A program made the translations under genes and the position numbers. A stretch of 64,000 bases of DNA, from contig JBDRKO010000001.1 in assembly GCA_043813915.1 (NCBI GenBank), positions 64,835 through 128,834 on the forward strand, given 5' to 3'. Positions 18,750 through 28,577 of this stretch are shown here, in pieces. How positions within the stretch are numbered: position 1 is the first letter of the stretch; each line of letters begins with the position of its first letter. The notes below the pieces were generated by a model. It did no database searches. It was not told the DNA's origin and saw only the letters and a program-made list of their open reading frames with translations. The DNA comes from Candidatus Omnitrophota bacterium. GTDB taxonomy: Bacteria > Omnitrophota > Gorgyraeia > Tantalellales > Tantalellaceae.

Positions 18750-20498
18750 TTACATGTTGAACCCTGTTTCTTTGAACTCTTTAACCAGCCATTCTTTTTT
18801 CACGCCTATGTCTATATGGTCCCAAGGCAGTATATCGTCCGTTCTGAATCTCTTCTCGGCGCATCCCCTCATATCGAGGCCTTCCGACCGAAAGGCTTCA
18901 TCCCATATTCCGGCGTTAAAAAATTCCGTCCAACCGTCCATTTTAGCCCCGTTCTTCCACGCGGCGTGGATAACGCGGGAGGTCTTTCTGTTCCCCCTTG
19001 CCATGGCCGCTTCCAATATGGACTGCCGGATACCGCTGAACTCGACCTTTATTTTTCTGGTGTTTCCCCTCATAAGCTCTCTCCGGCTCTCTCCCAGGCT
19101 TTCTTCGTTCTTCATCCCGAGCCATTGCATAGCGGTATGCGCCTTGGGCACGAAGGCGTTCACGCTGACCTTTACCTCGGCGCTCGATGACGAGATATCC
19201 TTCTTTAGTCCCGATAGTGTTCTCGCCAATTCAAGTATTTTCCGGGCTTCGTCCGTTCCGCTCCCCGGAAAACCTACCATGAAATACAGTTTTATCTTCT
19301 GCCACCCGTGCCGGAAAGCTTCTTGGGCTGATCTGCAGAGAACGGTCGGATCTATCTCCTTGGCCAAAGCTCTGCGGATCTCGGGATCCGGAGATTCTAC
19401 GGCAAAGGTCAACCCGGCTTTTCTTACGGCGGCTATCATTTCCGGAATAGCGTAGAAGGCTTTGTCTATCCTTAGAGAGGGAATAGATAGACCCACGCCT
19501 TTTCCCTTGAACTCTTCCGCTAACATTTCCACTAATTCCGCTAAACGCGGGTAGTTCACGCTGGAAAGAGAAAGAAGCGCTATCCTCTCATACCCTGTAT
19601 TAGCGTAAGTCTTGCGGCAGATATCAACTATTTTTTTTGGAGAACGCAGACGTACGGGACGGTTTATTGTCGAGGCCTGGCAGAAACGGCAACTGTTAGG
19701 ACAGCCCCTCATTATTTCTACCGCCATTCTGTCATGCACGGTCTGTACCAGGGGCACCAGCTGTCTGACCGGATAATACGCGTTCTCCATGCTTTCTACA
19801 AAGCTCCGTTCTACTTCCCGAGGAACACCGCTCTCAACGGGCCTTACGCCTTTATATTCCGATCCGGCATATGTCTCTTCATAGAACCGCGGCACATATA
19901 CGCCCTTTATTTTGGAAAGATCTTTCAACACGTCCCGTCTTTTTTTCCCGGTTTTCTTTGCCTCGGCATAGGCTCTGATAAGTTCCGGCAGCGCCTCTTC
20001 TCCGTCACCGATGACCATCGCGTCAAGGAAAAGGCTCATCGGTTCGGGATTACTGCAGCACGCGCCGCCCGCGATAACTATAGGCTCATCCTCCCCTCGA
20101 TCGGAAGAAAGGATATTTATCCCTCCCAGATGGAGTATGTTAAGGACATTCGTATACGTAAGTTCATAAGACAGCGAGAACCCCACGATATCGAACTCAT
20201 TGGCGGGTCTTTTTGTTTCTAGGCTGAAAAGACGCATCCCGCCGGCCTTGAGTTCTTCTTCCATATCCGGCCATGGCGCGAACATTCTTTCGCATACGGC
20301 GCTCGCCATATCATTGACCAGATGATAAAGCACCTTCAGACCGAGATAGCTCATGCCCACTTCGTATGTGTCGGGATAAGAAAGCAGGACCGACGTCATC
20401 CCCGGGCCGTGTTCTTTCCGGACACTGTTCGTCTCGCATCCTATATACCTGCCGGGTTTCCGGACTCTGGTAAGCATGTCTTTCAGTTTGTCATTCAT
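18750..20498 (-). CDS. TIGR03960-family B12-binding-like radical SAM protein
   Basis: KPGRYIGCETNSV...PDTYEVGMSYLGLKVLY...GFSLSYELTYTNVLNIL...CPNSCRFCQ; true start MNDKLKD, upstream ORF extension runs into the repeat region. Confidence 0.8.
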   Translation of the reverse strand: MNDKLKDMLTRVRKPGRYIGCETNSVRKEHGPGMTSVLLSYPDTYEVGMSYLGLKVLYHLVNDMASAVCERMFAPWPDMEEELKAGGMRLFSLETKRPANEFDIVGFSLSYELTYTNVLNILHLGGINILSSDRGEDEPIVIAGGACCSNPEPMSLFLDAMVIGDGEEALPELIRAYAEAKKTGKKRRDVLKDLSKIKGVYVPRFYEETYAGSEYKGVRPVESGVPREVERSFVESMENAYYPVRQLVPLVQTVHDRMAVEIMRGCPNSCRFCQASTINRPVRLRSPKKIVDICRKTYANTGYERIALLSLSSVNYPRLAELVEMLAEEFKGKGVGLSIPSLRIDKAFYAIPEMIAAVRKAGLTFAVESPDPEIRRALAKEIDPTVLCRSAQEAFRHGWQKIKLYFMVGFPGSGTDEARKILELARTLSGLKKDISSSSAEVKVSVNAFVPKAHTAMQWLGMKNEESLGESRRELMRGNTRKIKVEFSGIRQSILEAAMARGNRKTSRVIHAAWKNGAKMDGWTEFFNAGIWDEAFRSEGLDMRGCAEKRFRTDDILPWDHIDIGVKKEWLVKEFKETGFNM

Positions 20499-20817
20499 GA
20501 GTTCCTTGTGGTGCTTGGTAATAAAAATAGCATAGGGCAAAGCGCATAGAGCACAGCATATAGGTTTGTCGGGTTTGTGGAGTTTGTAGAGTTTATTGGG
20601 TCGTATTGACCGATGCCCCATTCGTGACTCGTGATCCGTGATTCGTGATTCGTTCACTACTTTTTGACACTCTGACACTTTGACACTCTGACTCTTTCTC
20701 TACCCTCGCGCTTCTCCTTCCGCTACGAACTATTTAACCTTTAAAACTTTTTAACTTTTCAAACTGCTCTCTCTCTGACCTCTGTCTTCTGACTTCTGTC
20801 TTCTGATTTCTGATCCC
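20499..20817. repeat. modular interspersed intergenic repeat, copy A
   Basis: Modules GCATAGGGCA..GCATAGAGCACAG, GTATTGACCGATGC, (CGTGAYTCGTGA)n, (TGACACTY)n, CTACGAACTAT, (TCTGTCTTCTGACTTC)n are shared with 42060-42605, 45053-45163 and 57217-57536. Confidence 0.55.
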
Positions 20818-21912
20818 TCACCTATGCACTCTCCTGCTGATGCTCAGAAGCAGGCCTATGCCGAGAAAGGTGACTATGGTATTGGACCCTCCGTAGCTGA
20901 TCGCGGGCAGAGGGAGGCCCACAACAGGCATCAGCCCTATGGTCATAGAGACATTGACTATTACCTGAAACGCTATCAATGTAACGACCCCGACAGCTAT
21001 CGCTTTCCCGTAGATGTCAGGCACATCATGCGCGATCTTTATCCCTCTCCATATGATGACCGCGTAAAGGCCCAGAAGCATCATCGCTCCTATGAAACCC
21101 CATTCTTCACCGATCACGGAAAAGATGAAATCCGTATGGCGTTCGGGCAGGAACCTAAGATAATTCTGCGTACCATTGAGCCATCCTTTCCCGAAAATAC
21201 CGCCCGACCCTATGGCTATTTTGGACTGTATTATCGTATACCCGGCCCCCAAAGGATCAAGGTTCGGATTTATAAAAACAAGCAGACGGTTCTTTTGATA
21301 ATCCTTAAGCAGCAGCCAGAGTACCGGCAAACTGAAAAAACCTAAGGACATTACGGATACCAGATGTTTTACGCGGGCCCCGCAGGCGAATAACATAGCG
21401 CAGGCTATAGGCGCGAGCACTATCGCCGTTCCCAGGTCGGGCTGCATGAATATCAGTAATGCCGCCGGCAGGACCAAGAGAAGCGCTTTGATAAAAGTCC
21501 CCAGCGATCCTATCTTCTCCCTTCTTTCCCCTAAAAAATACGCCAGCGCCAAGATGACCGTTATCTTCACGAATTCCGAGGGTTGCAGAGATACCGGGCC
21601 CAAAGTGATCCATCTTCTCGCGCCGTACCTTTCCCCGCCAAAGAGAAGCAATAATATCAGCGCCGCGATATTCAGAGCGTATGCCGCATACCCGAGATCA
21701 AGTATTTTCAGATAATCCATTCTCGAGATCACGAGCAGTATGAACAGACCCGTTATCACCCACGCGGTCTGTTTTATGACAAGGGCGCTGATCCCCCCGC
21801 CGCCCGCAAGACTGCTGGTAGCGGAATATACGAACGCGATCCCAAGCACGGAAACCAGGACCGCCGCGCCGCATAATATTTTATCCATCCTGCCGAGTTT
21901 TTCTTTTTTCAT
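20818..21912 (-). CDS. rodA: peptidoglycan glycosyltransferase RodA (SEDS family)
   Basis: FtsW/RodA family, directly downstream of mrdA. Confidence 0.8.
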   Translation of the reverse strand: MKKEKLGRMDKILCGAAVLVSVLGIAFVYSATSSLAGGGGISALVIKQTAWVITGLFILLVISRMDYLKILDLGYAAYALNIAALILLLLFGGERYGARRWITLGPVSLQPSEFVKITVILALAYFLGERREKIGSLGTFIKALLLVLPAALLIFMQPDLGTAIVLAPIACAMLFACGARVKHLVSVMSLGFFSLPVLWLLLKDYQKNRLLVFINPNLDPLGAGYTIIQSKIAIGSGGIFGKGWLNGTQNYLRFLPERHTDFIFSVIGEEWGFIGAMMLLGLYAVIIWRGIKIAHDVPDIYGKAIAVGVVTLIAFQVIVNVSMTIGLMPVVGLPLPAISYGGSNTIVTFLGIGLLLSISRRVHR

Positions 21913-21927
21913 GTATATCCGTGTTCG

Positions 21928-23646
21928 TTAAAGCAGCCCTAATTCCGCCGCGCGCTGAAAAACCTTTCCCGCTGTCTCCGCGGCATAATATCCTCCGCGC
22001 CCTCCGTATTCATCAAAAACAACAATGGCCAGTTTAGGGTCTTCGGCGGGAGCAAAGCCGGAAAACCATCCGTGACTGCTTTTTCTGGATGTCTGCGCGG
22101 TCCCTGTTTTGCCCGCTACAGTGATCCCTTCGATCTTAGCTTTCATCCCGGTCCCATGAACATCATTAACGACTTTTCTCAAACCTTCCTTTACCGCATT
22201 AAGATTCTCCCGAGAAAACCCCAGATCCACGGATCTCTGCGCGTTGACCCTGACCCCGCCGATATCCTTCACAAGAAAAGGCGAGACAAGCTGACCCCCG
22301 TTAGCGAATACGGACATCATACGCACGACCTGCAGCGGAGAACATAAAAGATATCCCTGCCCTATGGAATAGTTCACCGTATCACCTTTATACCATTTTT
22401 GGTTCAGCTTCCTGCTTTTCCAAGCGGCCGACGGCACGGTCCCTTCCTTTTCTCCGGGGAGGTCTATGCCGGTCTTTTCCCCTAACCCTAATTTTTTCGA
22501 GAATACCGCTATCTTCTCTCCCCCCAGTAAAAGACCCGTCCTGAAAAAATACACATTGCACGAACCTTTTATTGCCTCAAGCAGAGATACCGTTCCATGT
22601 CCGTTCTTACGCCAGCAGTTGAATACCGCCTTCCCCAACGTCAGTTGCCCCGAACATGAAAATTCCGTTCCCGGAACGATGGTCCCTGTCTCCAGGGCCG
22701 CTATCGCCGTTACCGCTTTAAATACCGAACCCATCGGGTAAACCCCGGAAACGGCCCTGTTCAAAAGAGGATAATCCCGGGAGTTAAGCAGCTCCCTTAC
22801 GCTTTTTTCTCCGGAACGTTCTATGAACACATTGGGATCGTATCCCGGGGCGCTGGCCATGGCTATGACCTCTCCCGTATTGGGATCCATGACGATTATG
22901 ACCCCCTTTTTACCTTCAAGCAGTTTGTCGCAATACATCTGAAGGTCTATATCTATCGTAAGCCTTAGATCCTTTCCGGGCAAGGGTTCTCTGAATCCCA
23001 ACATATTCACTTCACGGCCCCGATGATCCACTTCTACCTGTTTTCCCCCGTGCCTTCCCCTAAGATAATCATCGTAGTATTTTTCGACTCCGTCCCTTCC
23101 CATTCGGTCGTTTATCTTATACCCGTAAGTCCTGAGTTTGTCGAATTCGTAGCGGTTGATATACCCGATATAACCCAAAACGGACGCGGCAGATCGCCCC
23201 TTAAGATACTCTCTTTTTGCCGACACTTCCACGAAAAGGCCGGGATATTCCCCGGACAATTCTTCTATCTGTATGGCTTTTTCCATTCCGACGTTCTGCG
23301 CGAGGCATGAAGTGACGTAAGGTTCTTTCCCTGCTTCCGCTAAAAGGGAAAGGATCTCTTCTTCGGGTATCGTCAAAGAAGAACTGAGAAATTCTGTCAG
23401 AGCCTCTTTGTTCTTTATCCTGCTGTATATTACGGAAATTTCAAAAGAAAGGATATCCTTGACCAGAGGTTTACCGTTTCGGTCGGAGATACTTCCTCTG
23501 GGGGCCATTAAAGGCACGACCTTAAGCCTGTTCTCTTCCGACATTACCCTGTATTTCTCGTGACGGAATACCTGTACATACGCGAGTCCCGCTGATAACG
23601 CCAGCATACAAACTCCCAGGACTAAAGAAAATATCCTGATCCTCAT
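21928..23646 (-). CDS. mrdA: penicillin-binding protein 2 (elongation transpeptidase)
   Basis: PBP dimerisation plus transpeptidase domains (SVFK, SCN, KTGTA). Confidence 0.85.
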   Translation of the reverse strand: MRIRIFSLVLGVCMLALSAGLAYVQVFRHEKYRVMSEENRLKVVPLMAPRGSISDRNGKPLVKDILSFEISVIYSRIKNKEALTEFLSSSLTIPEEEILSLLAEAGKEPYVTSCLAQNVGMEKAIQIEELSGEYPGLFVEVSAKREYLKGRSAASVLGYIGYINRYEFDKLRTYGYKINDRMGRDGVEKYYDDYLRGRHGGKQVEVDHRGREVNMLGFREPLPGKDLRLTIDIDLQMYCDKLLEGKKGVIIVMDPNTGEVIAMASAPGYDPNVFIERSGEKSVRELLNSRDYPLLNRAVSGVYPMGSVFKAVTAIAALETGTIVPGTEFSCSGQLTLGKAVFNCWRKNGHGTVSLLEAIKGSCNVYFFRTGLLLGGEKIAVFSKKLGLGEKTGIDLPGEKEGTVPSAAWKSRKLNQKWYKGDTVNYSIGQGYLLCSPLQVVRMMSVFANGGQLVSPFLVKDIGGVRVNAQRSVDLGFSRENLNAVKEGLRKVVNDVHGTGMKAKIEGITVAGKTGTAQTSRKSSHGWFSGFAPAEDPKLAIVVFDEYGGRGGYYAAETAGKVFQRAAELGLL

Positions 23647-23649
23647 GGA

Positions 23650-24141
23650 TTATAGACCCGCCCTTTTGTCTTCCAAACCCAGCTCTCTGCTCAATATGAA
23701 AAAGCATATCGGCGCGCACGCCACGGTTGCCGACAAAGTTCTCCAACTCATCAATAGCTCTTTCAGCACACTCGCGTCATTACCGTAAACTCTGTTAAAG
23801 ATAAGTATGTGCGCCGCCAGGACAACGCAGACGGCTATAGCTGTTACCATGGCCTGAGCTATGGGATTATACCTGTAGAATATCCGTCCCTCAAAAAAGC
23901 CCATTGCTCCTATCAAAGGAAAAATAAAAATATCCGTTCCGAGAGTCCCGAAAGAAAGGCTTCCGCGCATGAAAGCGGCGATAAAAGCGAATATCATGGC
24001 TTCCGCTACGCCCCGGAACATACCCGAGAAAACCACCAAGAGTATCATCAGGTCGGGCATCCAGGGAAACCCTTTGAAAAATGTTGTCTGCAATACCGCG
24101 GCGAGGACAAGAAGGACATATAGAGACACGGTCTTTTTCAT
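23650..24141 (-). CDS. mreD: rod shape-determining protein MreD
   Basis: 163-aa polytopic membrane protein between mreC and mrdA. Confidence 0.6.
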   Translation of the reverse strand: MKKTVSLYVLLVLAAVLQTTFFKGFPWMPDLMILLVVFSGMFRGVAEAMIFAFIAAFMRGSLSFGTLGTDIFIFPLIGAMGFFEGRIFYRYNPIAQAMVTAIAVCVVLAAHILIFNRVYGNDASVLKELLMSWRTLSATVACAPICFFILSRELGLEDKRAGL

Positions 24142-24175
24142 ATTGAAAAGCTAAAAGATGACAAACATTCCATTG

Positions 24176-24958
24176 TTAGTTCTCTTTGACGCACAGCACT
24201 TCTTCCTGAGCAAGCGGATCCGCGTAGGGCTCTATTCCCGCGCGTTTATACATGCCGGTCTTACTTCTCGTGACCTCGGTGACCCGTCCCATTATTATGC
24301 CTTTAGGGAATATACTGCTGTAATCCGATGTCAGGACGATGGCGCCCGTCCTCACTTCAGCGTCTACGGGAAGGTACAGCATATTCGCTTTTCCTTTACC
24401 CGCCCCGGTAACGATGCCGTTTATGCTCGTATTCTTTATCTTTCCTCCGGACTTAAAGGACGGATGGCTGATCAGCATGACCGAACTAGTGCTCTCCGAC
24501 ACCTCCGCGATCTTGCCAAGAAGCCCCTGAAAAGAACACACGGCGGAATCTTTCTTTATTCCATCCCTGCTTCCTTTGTCAATAACGAACGTTCCCACCC
24601 AATCGTTGGGATCTCTCGCGATTATCCCCGCGGAGACGGTATTCAGACCCGATGTCTTCTTGAACTCTAAAAGTTTTCTCAGACGCGTATTCTCTTCCCT
24701 AAGCTGTTTGAACTGAACCACCCTCAATGACATTTCCGCGAGATCTTTTCTCAGGACACGATTGTCCTCTTCCAGATCAGCTTTTCTGCGGAAATATACA
24801 CCGGCACCCCTCAAGAACCTTGACGGGGCGGAAACCATGGAGATCGTTGATCTTTTTATGAAAGTGTATACGGGCGGAAGAGAAAGGAATATCACTATCG
24901 CCGCGATAAGCAACGCGGCAAACATACGGGGCTTTTCTTTTTTATTGATCCTAGGCAC
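24176..24958 (-). CDS. mreC: rod shape-determining protein MreC
   Basis: N-terminal TM, coiled coil, MreC beta domains. Confidence 0.8.
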   Translation of the reverse strand: MPRINKKEKPRMFAALLIAAIVIFLSLPPVYTFIKRSTISMVSAPSRFLRGAGVYFRRKADLEEDNRVLRKDLAEMSLRVVQFKQLREENTRLRKLLEFKKTSGLNTVSAGIIARDPNDWVGTFVIDKGSRDGIKKDSAVCSFQGLLGKIAEVSESTSSVMLISHPSFKSGGKIKNTSINGIVTGAGKGKANMLYLPVDAEVRTGAIVLTSDYSSIFPKGIIMGRVTEVTRSKTGMYKRAGIEPYADPLAQEEVLCVKEN

Positions 24959-24975
24959 ATCGATTCATTCACGGA

Positions 24976-26037
24976 TCATTGCTGCAAACTGCGCGCAATG
25001 GTCAATCTTTTAAGATATTTGAGTTCGCTTAATACCTTTCCGGTTCCCAAGACTACCGCCGTCAAAGGATCATCCGCTATATGAACGGGAAGGCCGGTCT
25101 CTTCGGCCACAAGTTTATCTATTCCTCGGAGCAGCGCCCCGCCTCCGGCGAGTATCAGCCCTTTTTCTATAAGATCCGCCGAAAGTTCCGGAGGAGTGCG
25201 TTCCAGGGTTATCCTGACCGCCTCTATTATCTGAGCAATAGGTTCCGCCAGAGCCTCCCGGATCTCTTCGCTTGTTACCGTTATCTTTTTAGGAAGACCC
25301 GCGACAAGGTCGCGTCCCCGCACTTCCATAGTCATCTCTTCGTCCAGAGGATATCCCGATCCGATGGTGATCTTTATCTCTTCGGCCGTTCTCTCTCCTA
25401 TCATCAGATTATAGGTACGTTTCAGATAGTTGATTATAGCTTCGTCCATCTCGTCCCCGCCTATGCGGATAGATTTGGAGAACACAACCCCGGCCAGGGA
25501 TATGACGGCCATTTCTGTCGTTCCTCCGCCGATATCGATGATCATGTTGCCGGACGGCTCCTGTATCGGAAGGCCTACCCCGATCGAAGCGGCTACCGGC
25601 TCTTCCAGCATAAAGACCTCTCTCGCTCCCGCGTGAAGCGCCGAATCTTTAACGGCCCTTTTCTCCACTTCCGTTATCCCCGAAGGGATCGCTATGATCA
25701 CTCTCGGCCTCACTAACCTTCGCGAGTTATGCACCTTCTTTATGAAATATCTCAGCATACATTCGGTTATCTCAAAGTCCGCGATAACACCGTCTCTCAT
25801 CGGACGTATCGCTACGATATTTCCCGGGGTCCTTCCCAGCATGCGCTTAGCTTCTTCGCCCACGGCAAGCACGTTGGTCGTTCCCGCCTCGACGGCGACA
25901 ACGGAAGGTTCACACAGGACTATCCCCTCGTTCTTGATATATACCAAAGTCGAGGCTGTCCCCAGATCAATGCCCATGTCGCTCGAGAACATTCCGAGAA
26001 TATTGTCAAAAAAAGTCTCTAATCGCTTTCTTATCAT
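24976..26037 (-). CDS. mreB: rod shape-determining protein MreB
   Basis: [19 protein letters not shown]..., actin-like ATPase, 353 aa. Confidence 0.9.
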   Translation of the reverse strand: MIRKRLETFFDNILGMFSSDMGIDLGTASTLVYIKNEGIVLCEPSVVAVEAGTTNVLAVGEEAKRMLGRTPGNIVAIRPMRDGVIADFEITECMLRYFIKKVHNSRRLVRPRVIIAIPSGITEVEKRAVKDSALHAGAREVFMLEEPVAASIGVGLPIQEPSGNMIIDIGGGTTEMAVISLAGVVFSKSIRIGGDEMDEAIINYLKRTYNLMIGERTAEEIKITIGSGYPLDEEMTMEVRGRDLVAGLPKKITVTSEEIREALAEPIAQIIEAVRITLERTPPELSADLIEKGLILAGGGALLRGIDKLVAEETGLPVHIADDPLTAVVLGTGKVLSELKYLKRLTIARSLQQ

Positions 26038-26115
26038 ATTGACCGTTCCTTTTTAAAAATAGATAGGATTATTTTCTTAATAGAAATAAACGGTGTTCTG
26101 TCGTGATTTACCAAG

Positions 26116-26144
26116 ATAGTATCAGATATCAAAATTAAAGTCAA
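26116..26144 (-). promoter_or_regulatory. putative sigma70 promoter for mreBCD-mrdA-rodA (TTGACT-N17-TACTAT)
   Basis: Found in the 196-bp AT-rich spacer upstream of mreB. Confidence 0.3.
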
Positions 26145-26233
26145 ACTTTTTTATTTTAATATGGGCTTTTTCTAAGACTGTCTCTTTGAAGTGTTTGCAG
26201 TTTTTAGTATATACTAAAAACTGTTTCCGCCCC

Positions 26234-27523
26234 CTAGCGCCCGCTGATCTTCATCAGATCCACGTAAAATCCGGGATAGGAGGTATTAACGCAGTCCACG
26301 TCCTCAACAGTCAGGCCTTTATCGGAAAAAAGTGACGCAACGGCCATTGTCATAGCTATCCGGTGATCTCCAAAACTCCTGACAACGGAAGGAACGATGC
26401 CCCTTTTCTTTCCCTCTATGACAATAACGTCTTTCTCTTCCGTTACGGCGATGCCGACGGCGCGGAGGTTCTCCTGCATGCTCTTTATACGGTCGCTCTC
26501 CTTGAATTTCAGCTCCGACGCGCCTTGTATCTCGGTCCGGCCTTCGGCCATACACGCCGCAAGCATTAGTATGGGAACTTCGTCTATCAATGATGGGATC
26601 TCCTCCGGGCGCACTCGGGTTCCCTTGAGCCCGGACGATACTATACGTATGTTCCCGCAGGGTTCAAGACCGTCCGTCATATTGAATACTTCTATCCGCG
26701 CGCCCATCCGCTTAAGTACCTCTAAAATACCCGTTCTCGTAGGGTTAAGCCCCACGTTCTTAAGCGTCACGTCGGATCCGTCCCTTAAAAGCGCGGCTAC
26801 TATAAAGAACGCCGCGCTGGATATGTCGCCCGGCACATCCACATCACGCGGGACCAACTCTCTCCCTCCTCCGATGGATACGGCCGGCCCTTTCCGCTCT
26901 ATATCCGCGGAAAAGAATTCAAGCATCCTTTCCGTATGGTCTCTGGAAAGAAATCTTTCCGTGACGGTGGTTCTTCCCTCGGCGTACATACCCGCTGAAA
27001 GTATACAGGACTTTACCTGAGCGCTGGCTATCGGCATGTCATATTGCATAGGAAGAAGAGGTCCTTTTTTGCCGTATATACAAAGAGGCGGATATCCTCC
27101 GCGTGAATCTATCTTCGCACCCATCCGGCCTAAAGGCCCCAAAATGCGTTCCATGGGCCGACCCGCGAGAGACGCGTCTCCTCTTAGACACACATCGAAA
27201 CCCTGTCCGGCCAATATCCCCGTGATTATTCTCATCGACGTCCCGGAATTCCCGAGGTAGAGGTCTTCTGAAGGCGCGCGCAACCCTTTCAGCCCTTTGC
27301 CCTTCACTATGACCGAAAGTTTTTCGCGCTTTATGTCTACCCCCATGGAAACGAACGCGTTGAGCGTAGACAGACAGTCCTCACCCGATAAGAAATTATT
27401 TATTTTGCATTCTCCCGACGCGATCGCTCCGAACATAACGGCCCTGTGAGATATGCTCTTATCGGGAGGAACAACGATCTCGCCTTTGAGGGCTTTACGA
27501 GACCCTCCTATTTTCCAATCCAT
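26234..27523 (-). CDS. aroA: 3-phosphoshikimate 1-carboxyvinyltransferase (EPSP synthase)
   Basis: PPDKSISHRAVMFGAIA, LGNSGTSMR motifs. Confidence 0.85.
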   Translation of the reverse strand: MDWKIGGSRKALKGEIVVPPDKSISHRAVMFGAIASGECKINNFLSGEDCLSTLNAFVSMGVDIKREKLSVIVKGKGLKGLRAPSEDLYLGNSGTSMRIITGILAGQGFDVCLRGDASLAGRPMERILGPLGRMGAKIDSRGGYPPLCIYGKKGPLLPMQYDMPIASAQVKSCILSAGMYAEGRTTVTERFLSRDHTERMLEFFSADIERKGPAVSIGGGRELVPRDVDVPGDISSAAFFIVAALLRDGSDVTLKNVGLNPTRTGILEVLKRMGARIEVFNMTDGLEPCGNIRIVSSGLKGTRVRPEEIPSLIDEVPILMLAACMAEGRTEIQGASELKFKESDRIKSMQENLRAVGIAVTEEKDVIVIEGKKRGIVPSVVRSFGDHRIAMTMAVASLFSDKGLTVEDVDCVNTSYPGFYVDLMKISGR

Positions 27524-27659
27524 TGAAGCTCCTTGGAGTTTGTTTTAGTATAGAATATAAGGTATATCGAGTAACGTTAAATGCTTCCCTTGCAAAGGGG
27601 ACACTTCCCTTCGGGAGGATGTCCCCATATCCTTGGCATGCGGAAGTTGGTTCTCCCAC

Positions 27660-28577
27660 TTAACCCTTAATTCTCTCTTCCTCGTCTCTTACCACCTTTT
27701 TCATGTCCTCGGGTACCGGCGCGGTAAACTCCATGGCCTTACCCGTGTCCGGATGAGAGAACCTCAGGCTCTCGGCATGCAATGCCTGCCGGGGCATACC
27801 TTGAGGGTATCCGTATTTCGCGTCACCAAGCAGCGGATGCCCGATATGCTTCATGTGCACTCTCAGCTGATGCGTCCTTCCCGTTTTAGGCTCTAACCTC
27901 AGGACCGTGAACTTCTCATACCGCTTGATCACATGATAAACGGTACAGGCTTCTTTACCCGATACCATGTCTATATCCATTTTTTTTCTGTCCATCACGC
28001 TTCTTGCCAGAGGAACGTCCACGATCCCGTTATCCAGCTCGACTTTTCCTTTGACTAAAGCGATATATGTCTTCTTCACCGTCCTGGCCAGGAACTGTTT
28101 AGAAATAGATCTTAAGGCGCGTTCTGTCTTGGCCGCGACTATTACCCCCGACGTATCTTTATCCAAACGATGAACTATACCCGGCCTCGTCTCATCTCCC
28201 GTATTTGCCATTTTTCCGCAATGAAAAAGAAGCGCGTTCACAAGCGTCCCTTTTTTGTTGCCTGAACCGGGGTGCACGACCATCCCCGCGGGTTTGTTCA
28301 ACACGATAAAACTTGCGTCCTCGTAAAGCACTTCCAAAGATATCTCTTCGGGCTCCGCGTAATGATCTTCCGCGGGAGAAAGCTCCATAACGACCCTATC
28401 CCCCGATGATACCGAATACCGGGGTTTGACCTTACTGTCATTGACGGTAACAAGACCTTTATCTATCATTTGTTTCGCATATGTACGGGAATACTCCGCT
28501 CCCAGCCGGACAGCCACGACCTTGTCTATGCGCTCATCGGCCATTTGCGGCTCAACTATGAACTCGATCTTTTCCAT
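27660..28577 (-). CDS. rluD: RluA-family 23S rRNA pseudouridine synthase (RluD-like)
   Basis: S4 domain N-terminus plus catalytic HRLDKDTSGVIV. Confidence 0.85.
   Translation of the reverse strand: MEKIEFIVEPQMADERIDKVVAVRLGAEYSRTYAKQMIDKGLVTVNDSKVKPRYSVSSGDRVVMELSPAEDHYAEPEEISLEVLYEDASFIVLNKPAGMVVHPGSGNKKGTLVNALLFHCGKMANTGDETRPGIVHRLDKDTSGVIVAAKTERALRSISKQFLARTVKKTYIALVKGKVELDNGIVDVPLARSVMDRKKMDIDMVSGKEACTVYHVIKRYEKFTVLRLEPKTGRTHQLRVHMKHIGHPLLGDAKYGYPQGMPRQALHAESLRFSHPDTGKAMEFTAPVPEDMKKVVRDEEERIKG

Noticed and set aside
20499-20678. N-terminal 60-aa extension of the radical-SAM ORF (MSECQKVVNESRITDHESRMGHRS...)
   Set aside because: The extension is read through the CGTGATTCGTGA repeat module. 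The TIGR03960 homology begins at MNDKLKD. Similar upstream extensions were rejected for murD (through the 45053-45163 repeat), murE (overlaps ftsI), proC, mtnP, aroB, nnrE and the dksA-like gene.
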